A stretch of 62,899 nt of DNA, the filler included, from Octopus bimaculoides (Eukaryota), in the NCBI RefSeq assembly GCF_001194135.2. It is 4 parts of 4 records of this genome, joined end to end, with 100 filler letters (N's around TTAATTAATTAA, not from the genome) between each part and the next. Parts side by side here need not be neighbours in the genome. Positions count along the whole stretch, not along the records: positions 43,304 to 58,382 come from NC_068992.1; positions 58,483 to 62,899 come from NC_068998.1; 2 more parts are not named here. One strand, written 5' to 3'. Within the stretch, counting starts at the first letter, position 1. Each line of letters begins with the position of its first letter. A program made the translations under genes and the position numbers. Of the stretch, positions 50,450 to 62,899 are shown piece after piece. The notes under the pieces are model-generated. The model ran no database searches, was not told the DNA's origin, and saw nothing but the letters and a program-made list of their open reading frames with translations.

Positions 50450-52062
50450 ACTAGTATTTAATTTTTTAATAATTTTACAGATTGCTTATATCCGAAACAT
50501 TTTCGAAACTTAGTTTTGGATTCTTGTGTTCTATCTTCCTGGTTTGCATGTACACACTCTACATGTTGTCAGTTACACAAAAAGCATTCAAATCCAACGT
50601 TATCAGGATGTTCCAACATCAGGCAAGTGACAATTACAGTAATAATATTGACTGCCTTTTATTTGTTGCCTCACTTTCTACAAGATTTGGCAAAAATTAC
50701 CTCCCACAACGTTTGTGTATAGCTTATAATTTTGCGATAAATTTCGGCATAGCTTCTTGTTTTTAACAATATATTGTAAAAATGTGTACGATGTTGCCAC
50801 TACGAATTGTATGTGATGCATACATTGCTAATTTCCGTATTTGTGACGACTTTGGGAAGCCGTGTTCGCTCAGCATCTTCCAGAGTCTGCTGCCAACGAT
50901 CATCCGATTAGAGTAAACCTTTCTCTCTACAAACGTGTTTGAATAATGGCAACAGTTGCCCATCACACATTTTTAAAGAGTTGACCGATACGGGCCCTTT
51001 GTCGTGATGCAGAAGGAGTCTTAAGTAATATCGTGGAGAAACAGTATATATTCGTCCCAAAACATTTGTCTCAAAAGTCCCTGGATACTGGTCAATTCTT
51101 TTTCCCACCTCCTTCCTTTCCCATGTCTTGTACTCCAAGTGTGAAACCTCGGCACATAAGCATAATACAAAGTTTTTGCAAATGGATTGCGAGCACAAAG
51201 ATCCATGAACTTAGTGAGAGTTGTCCTACGTATGTTATTGTTTACCGTATCAGCAGCATTGTCCCGAAAGAAAATTTAATTTTCCTCAGGTAAATGAACT
51301 TGAAGGCAAGCTACAGCTGGTTTCCTCTCATGAAGTGAAAATCCGTGTACTGAGGCAACAGCTTCTGAAGGACCGATGTATCTTCCTCTTAAATACTGTG
51401 TTATCTCTTCTTCCCTGTTCACTCCAAATACTGTCTGATCACTGTCCTTCATGGTATATGTGATAATATATTTGATTCATTTAACGGAAGTGCATATCTC
51501 TACATTTAGGTGGCAGTTGAACAGTTTTAATAATTTCATATTGTAGGGGAACCATCCGTTTTGACGTTGTATTTCGGCTTTCTCGTCCTTCTTGGTTCCC
51601 GGCAAATCCTCCCATTCTTGGAGACCGTCTTCTGTACACTGGATAAGAGTCCTCTCCACACAATGTATATTAATTGAAAGGATTAGGGTACCACTTGCTG
51701 TATGTTCTATCTTTCCAACACAGCGAATTGTTAGAGCAATTGGAACCGTGGATCATGTGCTTCAGCACCAACCGATGACTCTCTGGATCTTTTGTTTGGA
51801 TCTGGTATTTCGATTTGAACGAATTTGTCCTATTTCTATGGTCTGGGTTTGGAAGCTTCACTGAGCTATAGCAAACAGTGTACATGGGGAAGACCTGATC
51901 ACGTGTGCAATACACATGCCAAATAAGCCATCTACTCCAATAAGATACTTTATGAACAGTTTCCGCTTCAGGTCAAATATTCTGGCAATTAAATCTGGCC
52001 TGTCATGCGGTTTTTGATTCAGGAATAGGTTTTCACAGAATTTCAGGCCAGTTTGGCACTTC
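50450..52062 (-). mobile_element. decayed autonomous-type Helitron RepHel (Rep motifs plus Pif1 helicase remnant)
   Basis: QKPHDRPDLIARIFDLK, VLKHMIHG, WFPYNMKLLKLFNCHLNVEICTSVK, YYLRLLLHHDKGP..CREKGLL, VVGGNFCQIL (GGDFRQIL motif). Confidence 0.92.
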
Positions 52063-53093
<1,031 letters not shown>

Positions 53094-53460
53094 TATTATC
53101 AGCAGATAGGTCACGTCGTTGAACTGTCCTTGCTGTATTCGTAATGGTTTGTCGGATAAGACGTTTAGATCTCCGAACGTCCGAATTATGATATCTCCTG
53201 CTTCTATATCTGTCCCTCTGGTTAACTAGATGCTCACCTCTCTGTGCGTCCGATTCATGCTCCCTTCTGTTTGTGTCTCTTTCTCTGTTCCACCAGACGC
53301 TCAGCTCTCCGAATGTCCGATTGATGCTGTCTCAGGTTCTGTCTCTTCCCCTCTGTTCTACCAGACGCTCTGCTCTCTGAGCGTCTGATTCTTTATGTCG
53401 CCTGCTTAGCCGCGCACTTTTCGCACTATCTATAGACCAACCAAATGTTTTCTTTCTTCC
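53094..53460 (-). mobile_element. 5' part of the Helitron ORF: about 69-bp repeats encoding ESDAQRAERL-type units
   Basis: (C/T)GTC(C/T)GA recurs at 53178, 53247, 53314 and 53382; minus strand reads ESDAQRAERLVEQRE / ESDIRRAERLV / ESDAQRGEHLVNQRDR. Confidence 0.7.
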
Positions 53461-53594
53461 TCGTCGAGGCATGATGTAAGAATAGGTCACCTAAATAAAT
53501 ATTCTTTTTTAAATCAGCTTAACTTACCGAACGAAAATAGTCGTTTTACACTGAAAGAAATAGATAGAAGGATAATAACGTCAAACAAATAAGA

Positions 53595-53731
53595 AGGCTT
53601 TGATAGATAGATAGATAGATACATACATACATACATACATACATACATGCATACATACATACATACATACATACATACATGCATACATACATACATACAT
53701 ACATACATACATACATACATACATACATACA
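53595..53731. repeat. (GATA)n(CATA)n microsatellite
   Basis: Directly visible. Confidence 0.95.
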
Positions 53732-54301
53732 TAAAGAAGAAAATCTTAACTGAACTGACGAAATGAAACTAATGAGTTAAATAAGAACGCTTGTAGAAAG
53801 GTGTGTTCCAGAGCAAACGGAAAAAGAAATGAAAATCTGAACCTTTCCTTTTTTTTAGCATAGCTGACGAAATGAACGTAATGAGTTAAAACAAATAAGA
53901 ACACTTGTAGAAAGAAAGTGTTTTTGAAAGGAAACTCCAAAAGAGTGAAAGAAATAATGTTGCAAGACATGAAAATCTTATCTTGAAATCAGGAACTATT
54001 GCTGTACGTCGCGAAGACATGTGTGATTTTATTGTTACCGCCGCGTGTGGTGTTTTACAAAGAGAGAAATAAAAGGGCAAGAAATCGCTATTCAGTTGTC
54101 TGCTCGGAATTTTGTGGGATCTTTCGGCCAGAATCAACGCGTATCTCGGGAAACCGTGGTCCAGTTTACTCGAAACCTGTTTTATTCTATTTATATTCAC
54201 ATTTCACAGGCACCTTTACTTCCAAAGTATTTTCCCATTTTGCACCGGTTTGGCTATGTAAGATTCCAAGCAAGCAAGCGAGATTCAAGTTCAGTTTTAA
54301 T

Positions 54302-54342
<41 letters not shown>

Positions 54343-55019
54343 NNNNNNNNNNNNNNNNNNNNNNNNNNNNNNNNNNNNNNNNNNNNNNNNNNNNNNNNNN
54401 NNNNNNNNNNNNNNNNNNNNNNNNNNNNNNNNNNNNNNNNNNNNNNNNNNNNNNNNNNNNNNNNNNNNNNNNNNNNNNNNNNNNNNNNNNNNNNNNNNNN
54501 NNNNNNNNNNNNNNNNNNNNNNNNNNNNNNNNNNNNNNNNNNNNNNNNNNNNNNNNNNNNNNNNNNNNNNNNNNNNNNNNNNNNNNNNNNNNNNNNNNNN
54601 NNNNNNNNNNNNNNNNNNNNNNNNNNNNNNNNNNNNNNNNNNNNNNNNNNNNNNNNNNNNNNNNNNNNNNNNNNNNNNNNNNNNNNNNNNNNNNNNNNNN
54701 NNNNNNNNNNNNNNNNNNNNNNNNNNNNNNNNNNNNNNNNNNNNNNNNNNNNNNNNNNNNNNNNNNNNNNNNNNNNNNNNNNNNNNNNNNNNNNNNNNNN
54801 NNNNNNNNNNNNNNNNNNNNNNNNNNNNNNNNNNNNNNNNNNNNNNNNNNNNNNNNNNNNNNNNNNNNNNNNNNNNNNNNNNNNNNNNNNNNNNNNNNNN
54901 NNNNNNNNNNNNNNNNNNNNNNNNNNNNNNNNNNNNNNNNNNNNNNNNNNNNNNNNNNNNNNNNNNNNNNNNNNNNNTATATATACATACTCACAAAGTA
55001 TGGGGGTTTAGTTCTCAGG

Positions 55020-55400
55020 TGATCTAAACGATTAGGTACGCTAGGTAAGTGCTGTAACGCATTACAAGGGGTCCGAAGTTATAGCTGAAACGGTAGTCAT
55101 GGAGCCTGCAAATTTCCGATGCAGTGAGAATAGCAATTCCACATCATTAGCCAGCAACGTACACCATCTAATTAACAGAAAAATACAGTATAAGTTTCCC
55201 CGGGCTATGATACACTTCGGTATTTCATATCAGGGCCACCACTCTAGTTGTGGACTCTGTTTAAAGGAAGCTCTCAAAGTTTTAACCCAAAATTCACCAC
55301 AATTGCTTAATAAATACGAGGCCTTCACTACGTGTAAACACAAATTCTTCCGCACTTTTTAATTCTTCCATAAATCTAAATGTAAGCTCACCCCCACTAC
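55020..55400 (+). mobile_element. Penelope-like GIY-YIG endonuclease C-terminal remnant
   Basis: NSTSLASNVHHL...SSCGLCLKEALKVL...LLNKYEAFTTCKHK matches the PLE CxLCLxE...LNK..E...CxH motif. Confidence 0.8.
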
Positions 55401-57749
55401 GAATAGCACCCACATAGAAATCCCTGTGATCATTAACACATATCTCTTCTATATTTCTATAACTCTTATTTCTACCCTACCTTTACTCATGAAAATAGGA
55501 GATAAATAATCAGTCATTAATTTATCCTTAATTTATTTTTATAACTTAACGCAATAAATCCCCTAATGTAAATCCCCTAACTCTATCTCCCGCTCATAAA
55601 TGATTTAACATTCAACTAGCTCTTCCATTCTCGACTACCTACCTACTCATTACCACATAGCTAAAAAAACCTCTATAGCCACTGACCTTAGCCAGAACGG
55701 TCACAACAGTTACTGCTAGGTTTCCTACCCTACCACAGATACCTACTACTCTCTCCAATTTTCTTTCATTTTGCTCTATGTTTACCCTATCTTCCTCTAC
55801 CTCCTCATTCTCTCCAACGGAAAGAATACGGGGATTAGATCATATATTTTGTGAAGAAGAATCGGCGTGCTCCGGTTTGTTTGGATATATGAAAAAAAAA
55901 AAAAAGTTAAGGTCCGTTATGTACGCAGCCTATTAGGATTTTCATTAGGTAATTTTTTATAAGAAAGGTGTTGGGTCCAGAAATAAAAGGGGGATACAGG
56001 TTGTGAACATTGAATGGTTAATGTAGTGAATATAAATGTCTAAGAGAACATTAAAGAACAAAAATGAACTGTTTAATGTGTGCAGCGTATAGAAAAGTTT
56101 GGATCGAAATATGCATCATAGAAAATAAACAAGTAAAATCATCGAATTTTTAAAAATATTTTAGAGGTACGTATATAATTATTTAGGATGTCATAAAAGT
56201 CAACCATATTACATATGCACTGGGCTTCATGAGGAAAGTAAGGTTATTATCTGTAAATTTAGCAATAAAAAAATAAATAGAAAGATAGTAAGATGAATGA
56301 AGTATTGGGATACTGAAACAAAATAAATATGACGGAGGATGGATGGAAGTTGTTTTAACAAAACAGCGGATATGATTCATGACAAATAGGATTTACTTAT
56401 CGACCGTTAATTGATTAGGGTATGTAGGTAGATATTTAAAATGCAGCTGTGAGATTAAACAAATCCATAGAATACATAGAATACATTGCGGGCATATCTA
56501 TGTGGATTTACAAATTTCACATATAGATACGGGGGCATGTAAGCAAGCACGGATAAGTATATAAAACATGTATACTTATATATACACATACATACATGGT
56601 CACACATACACACATGCACATGTACATATATATATACATATATATATATATATACATATATGTATATATANNNNNNNNNNNNNNNNNNNNNNNNNNNNNN
56701 NNNNNNNNNNNNNNNNNNNNNNNNNNNNNNNNNNNNNNNNNNNNNNNNNNNNNNNNNNNNNNNNNNNNNNNNNNNNNNNNNNNNNNNNNNNNNNNNNNNN
56801 NNNNNNNNNNNNNNNNNNNNNNNNNNNNNNNNNNNNNNNNNNNNNNNNNNNNNNNNNNNNNNNNNNNNNNNNNNNNNNNNNNNNNNNNNNNTATATATAA
56901 GGTTGAGGAGGGTATTGGATTTAACCAAACCCAAGAGGATACAAGTAATACCGAGTAAATGCTGTATACCGACTAGTTTGCCCCAGTCGTTGTATGAACA
57001 GGATTGGGGATTATAAGTCGTATATTAGCGTGTGTATATGTAAAAATATAAAAATAAAAATATAAGAGAGCAATGGTAAGGTATTTTATGGATAGATTCT
57101 TACAGCTGTTTCTGGGAAGATCCAGTACTTCCCTTAATCGGAGACAGAAAAAATTAAGTAATCTATTATTATATCCATAGGCGGATATTTTTAGTATGAA
57201 GTGGTAAAGAGTGGATATATATATACACATATATATATATACACTCTTACACACACATACACACATGGGCATGCCCTCTGTTAAGGAATGAATTTGATAT
57301 ATATATATATTTATTTAAATATATAGAGGTAAAAGAAGTAAGCTAGTAACTATAGTGAGAGGGAAAAGCAGAGCATGTGGAAAATGATTGGGCGAAAATT
57401 TTGTATTAGTAGGTATCTAAATTTTAGATGGAGTATTAGGTTAGGTTAATTAATAGTAAAATCAGTGAGTTGTTAAGAAAAGTATAGAGACGTGTATATA
57501 ATAAATGTTTATGGGAATGTTAAAAGACAGGTAAGGTATATAATACATGCACCGGGTTTTTAAACAATGTAAGGTTTTTTCTACAAAATCAGCATTAAAA
57601 ATGTAGTGTATTACAAAGAAAGAATACAAGGGTGTCATTAGTTGTTGATAATAAATTCTAGGTGGTATATCTAAAAAGGTAAAAATGTAAAAAAATATCA
57701 TATGTAAGTGATGCTTTAATTATATAAAGGTTTAGAGCGATTTATTTAA

Positions 57750-58100
57750 AAAAATGGTATCTATATGTCTGTAAGCATGGAGAGAATTTCTCGACCCTTT
57801 CATTTTATAGTTTTTTTTAGCAAAGAAAAGAATTTTATAGCGTTCAGTTGTATATTGGTATTTATCTTGGGATGGGTGTAAGGCTTTTGCCTGAGATAAA
57901 ACTTTCCATTTAATTTTAAAACTAATGTTCTTTTAATTACAAGATAAATTTGCTCAGGCTTGATGATGAGTGTTTGTTAGGATTTCGAAAAGTAAGCTCA
58001 GTGTTCACGATCCTAGCCTTAATGTAGTTTTTGCAAAAACCTATATAAGAGCAGTGTTTACCTGCAGCTTCAACTGTGGCTTGGTAAACCACATTTTTTC
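57750..58100 (-). mobile_element. second Penelope-like GIY-YIG remnant
   Basis: SYIGFCKNYIKARIVN...SSLSKFIL*LKE, then frameshifted IKWKVLSQAKA. Confidence 0.7.
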
Positions 58101-58426
58101 TTTTCCAATGATTATTGAATTCACACTGATCTTTAATTTTAATTTTTAAAAATTAAAAAAAAAACGTCATCTTTCTACAACATGCAAATAAATCAGTAAT
58201 TACATCCATCTATTCTTCGTTTTCCTCTCCTCGTTTTTCCCTCATTATTAAAAAAATTCAATAATCCTAAATTTAAACAAATGAATTTACCATTATACGC
58301 TACGGATTGAACGAGTGGAATACCTTGGATTATATAATCCCTAATGAACACTTAATTTCCCGAGTTTCCCCAAGGTAACTATNNNNNNNNNNNNNNNNNN
58401 NNNNNNNNNNNNNNNNNNNNNNNNNN

Positions 58427-58438
58427 TTAATTAATTAA
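58427..58438. other. assembly linker TTAATTAATTAA
   Basis: 12-mer within an N run. Confidence 0.9.
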
Positions 58439-58964
58439 NNNNNNNNNNNNNNNNNNNNNNNNNNNNNNNNNNNNNNNNNNNNGAATGCAGGGGTGAGAAA
58501 TAGACAACGTAATGTTTATTACTGTCATCGTCGTCACCACCACCACCACCACACATATCGATTTATAAAAATCACACAAACACACACACAAACACACACA
58601 CACACACAATGTAATCTCAAGCTCATCTTTTAAACAATAGAAGTAAAATGTAAAATTGAAATTAAAGATCAACAAACAAACAAACAAGAAGATTTGTGTT
58701 CCAATCTGTCCAAGTTTAGTGCCAAAGAGGTCTGCTTTCTTGTTATATAACCAGCTCTGTCACAGAAACACACGTTAAAATATATATATATTCAAATATA
58801 TTTCATTATATACGCATTTATGTGATTCACCGCCATATACACTCAATCTTTCTGCATGCCTGTCTGTCTGTCTGTCTCTGACTCTTTCATCCTCTCTCCT
58901 CAATTCTATATCCCCTCTATTGCCAGCAAGGCTGTTGCCGCCATCATTCAAAGCACTTTCATAA

Positions 58965-59286
58965 GTGTTTGTATGTATGTAAGTATATGTGTGTATGTAT
59001 ATGTGTGTATGTATGTGTGTATGTATGTATATGTGTGTATGTATGTATGCATGTATGTATGTGTGTGTATGTATGTGTATGTATGTATGTGTATACATGT
59101 ATGTATGTGTGTATGTATGTATGTGTGTGCATGTATATGTCTATACGCTTAAGTGTATGTATGCTTGTATGCATTTACGTATGTATATATGTATGTATGT
59201 ATATATTATATATATATATATGTTTATATGTATGGCATATATGTATGTATCTGTGCGTGCTTATATGTATGTGCATATGTTTGTAT
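58965..59286. repeat. degenerate (TATG/TG)n microsatellite
   Basis: Directly visible; source of the MYVC-type ORFs. Confidence 0.95.
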
Positions 59287-59932
59287 NNNNNNNNNNNNNN
59301 NNNNNNNNNNNNNNNNNNNNNNNNNNNNNNNNNNNNNNNNNNNNNNNNNNNNNNNNNNNNNNNNNNNNNNNNNNNNNNNNNNNNNNNNNNNNNNNNNNNN
59401 NNNNNNNNNNNNNNNNNNNNNNNNNNNNNNNNNNNNNNNNNNNNNNNNNNNNNNNNNNNNNNNNNNNNNNNNNNNNNNNNNNNNNNNNNNNNNNNNNNNN
59501 NNNNNNNNNNNNNNNNNNNNNNNNNNNNNNNNNNNNNNNNNNNNNNNNNNNNNNNNNNNNNNNNNNNNNNNNNNNNNNNNNNNNNNNNNNNNNNNNNNNN
59601 NNNNNNNNNNNNNNNNNNNNNNNNNNNNNNNNNNNNNNNNNNNNNNNNNNNNNNNNNNNNNNNNNNNNNNNNNNNNNNNNNNNNNNNNNNNNNNNNNNNN
59701 NNNNNNNNNNNNNNNNNNNNNNNNNNNNNNNNNNNNNNNNNNNNNNNNNNNNNNNNNNNNNNNNNNNNNNNNNNNNNNNNNNNNNNNNNNNNNNNNNNNN
59801 NNNNNNNNNNNNNNNNNNNNNNNNNNNNNNNNNNNNNNNNNNNNNNNNNNNNNNNNNNNNNNNNNNNNNNNNNNNNNNNNNNNNNNNNNNNNNNNNNNNN
59901 NNNNNNNNNNNNNNNNNNNNNNNNNNNNNNNN

Positions 59933-59981
<49 letters not shown>

Positions 59982-60931
59982 GAAAAATAAAGTAAGCGAA
60001 TAATATACAAATAAAATAAAATAAAATGAAATGAAATAAATGACAAAAGAAAGCGAAAAAAAAAAAAAAGAAATTCAGACAAGTCAAAGAAAATAAACAA
60101 AGAAAACCAAAAAGGAAAATAAATAAATAATAAAATAAAAAGCAGAAACATAAAAGATATAAGGAACTTAATTAGGTGTTTGGAATTATTGGGTTCTCTG
60201 TTTTTGTAGCAGCCAAATATTGTAGAAGATTGGAGAAAGAAACCTTTAAACATCGCCATATTTGTTGTTTGATAGAGTCTTTACATGTCATTACAGGTGT
60301 TAAGTCACTTCGCTTCCTACCCACCTACCCACCTACCTACTCACCTGCCGACTACCTTTTTGTGTTTTTTCTTTTATCTTTTGCTTACCTACCTGCCCTG
60401 TCTACCTACCTATGTACCTTCAACTTCCCTCCCCACCCTATCCCCCTCTCCCGCCACATTCTTCCTTTCTACCTACTTACCCCCACCACCTCCACCATCG
60501 TTTTCCTTTCTTCATCCTCGCACCTTTACGCGGAGGTTGAGGAAATTTCGAGCAACACATATGCGCGTGCGCATGCATGGGTGGTTGCATGCATGGGTGG
60601 ATGGATGAGGTCTATACGATAGTTTTATTTACCAGGCATACATACATATGTCATACACATATCTACAATTATATATCAAAAATGTATGTGTGTAGATATA
60701 TATATATATACATATATTCTTTTATTCTTTTTCATGTTTCAGCTTTGAGGCTGCGGCCATGCTGGTGCACCACCATTATATGTACGTATATACATATATT
60801 CATACATACACACTCATATATGTATGTCTATATACACATATATATTACCATGCATTTATATTTACATACGTATATGTATGTGTGCATATAAATACGTCTA
60901 TATATATAACACGTATGTGTATATATACACA

Positions 60932-60964
<33 letters not shown>

Positions 60965-61901
60965 NNNNNNNNNNNNNNNNNNNNNNNNNNNNNNNNNNNN
61001 NNNNNNNNNNNNNNNNNNNNNNNNNNNNNNNNNNNNNNNNNNNNNNNNNNNNNNNNNNNNNNNNNNNNNNNNNNNNNNNNNNNNNNNNNNNNNNNNNNNN
61101 NNNNNNNNNNNNNNNNNNNNNNNNNNNNNNNNNNNNNNNNNNNNNNNNNNNNNNNNNNNNNNNNNNNNNNNNNNNNNNNNNNNNNNNNNNNNNNNNNNNN
61201 NNNNNNNNNNNNNNNNNNNNNNNNNNNNNNNNNNNNNNNNNNNNNNNNNNNNNNNNNNNNNNNNNNNNNNNNNNNNNNNNNNNNNNNNNNNNNNNNNNNN
61301 NNNNNNNNNNNNNNNNNNNNNNNNNNNNNNNNNNNNNNNNNNNNNNNNNNNNNNNNNNNNNNNNNNNNNNNNNNNNNNNNNNNNNNNNNNNNNNNNNNNN
61401 NNNNNNNNNNNNNNNNNNNNNNNNNNNNNNNNNNNNNNNNNNNNNNNNNNNNNNNNNNNNNNNNNNNNNNNNNNNNNNNNNNNNNNNNNNNNNNNNNNNN
61501 NNNNNNNNNNNNNNNNNNNNNNNNNNNNNNNNNNNNNNNNNNNNNNNNNNNNNNNNNNNNNNNNNNNNNNNNNNNNNNNNNNNNNNNNNNNNNNNNNNNN
61601 NNNNNNNNNNNNNNNNNNNNNNNNNNNNNNNNNNNNNNNNNNNNNNNNNNNNNNNNNNNNNNNNNNNNNNNNNNNNNNNNNNNNNNNNNNNNNNNNNNNN
61701 NNNNNNNNNNNNNNNNNNNNNNNNNNNNNNNNNNNNNNNNNNNNNNNNNNNNNNNNNNNNNNNNNNNNNNNNNNNNNNNNNNNNNNNNNNNNNNNNNNNN
61801 NNNNNNNNNNNNNNNNNNNNNNNNNNNNNNNNNNNNNNNNNNNNNNNNNNNNNNNNNNNNNNNNNNNNNNNNNNNNNNNNNNNNNNNNNNNNNNNNNNNN
61901 N

Positions 61902-61970
<69 letters not shown>

Positions 61971-62310
61971 CACACACACCTTACTCTCATTATACACTAA
62001 TCACTTTTTGCTTCGCAATGTGTAAGAAAGATTGTTTCGTTTCGTCACATTAACCAGAATATATTTTATATGTGATAAATTGCACTTCGCCACCGATATA
62101 AAAATTGTGAGACAAAATAGCCAAACAAAAACAACACCAACACCACCAACAACAACAAAAATACAAAGAATATCAAACAACAACAACAACAACAACAACA
62201 GAAATATGACAATAGTAACAATATTGATGAAAATAAACATTCACTTAAACGTGATAAAAAAACGGCCAAAACGGAACTTCTCAATAGAATCACACACACG
62301 CACACACACA

Positions 62311-62358
<48 letters not shown>

Positions 62359-62899
62359 AATATGCATGTATGTGTCAAGCCTATCTATAAGTATCTGCAT
62401 TACTTACCTGTCTCTGTATATATATGTATATATATATATATGTATATATATTTATATATATGTANNNNNNNNNNNNNNNNNNNNNNNNNNNNNNNNNNNN
62501 NNNNNNNNNNNNNNNNNNNNNNNNNNNNNNNNNNNNNNNNNNNNNNNNNNNNNNNNNNNNNNNNATATATACATATATATGCGCTTGTGTGTGTATGTAT
62601 ATGTATGCATGCGTGAGCGTGTATATAATGCTCGAAATAAGGAGTAGAAGGACACCCAACAACTGATAAAGGGTTGTTTTTTATGTTACTTATTTTGTTT
62701 TCCATTCGTTTCTCTCGTTTTTTTCTTTTGCGTTCCCAATGTTATTTTCGTATTTCATGTTTGTTTACGTTTTTGTGACGTCATGTACCGATATATGCAT
62801 AGCTATATACATGTATACGTATGTATGCACATATGTGTCTATATATGCATATAAATATATATATATTACTTATATTATATATATATATATATATATATA

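Noticed and set aside
53170-53390. Regularly spaced repeats here, at 16515-16840 and at 52172-52330, superficially CRISPR-like
   Set aside because: Tandem units without unique spacers, eukaryotic context, no cas genes; explained by Helitron and LINE sequence.

Overview
AT-rich, microsatellite-saturated eukaryotic draft assembly with many N gaps. The SINE/LINE/Helitron repertoire and simple repeats look like an octopus (coleoid cephalopod) genome; this is inferred from repeat families, not from a database match. Most of the window is decayed transposon sequence: tRNA-headed SINEs, RTE, CR1/L2, Tx1 and R4/Dong LINEs, Penelope-like elements, Helitrons and a Helentron, mariner and Tigger. Two host-gene signals stand out, both on the minus strand. 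(1) A domain-less 614-codon ORF (9007-7163) continues in the same frame for 186 more codons after one TAA, so an 801-codon frame is broken by a single stop. (2) Two phase-0 exons (39555-39370 and 24839-24405) join to give ...EPRKKKK|ERPERALYDPR..., resembling the exon-junction-complex-binding motif at the start of the last exon of UPF3; no UPF3 RRM exons are visible. Other points of interest: a Helitron > SINE > Dong nested insertion, a decayed hammerhead-like motif in that SINE, tandem reiteration at the Dong 5' junction, and a tail-to-tail RT-less LINE pair. Nearly all short ORFs in the supplied track are microsatellite, gap or antisense-TE artefacts. TE boundaries are approximate unless termini are quoted.
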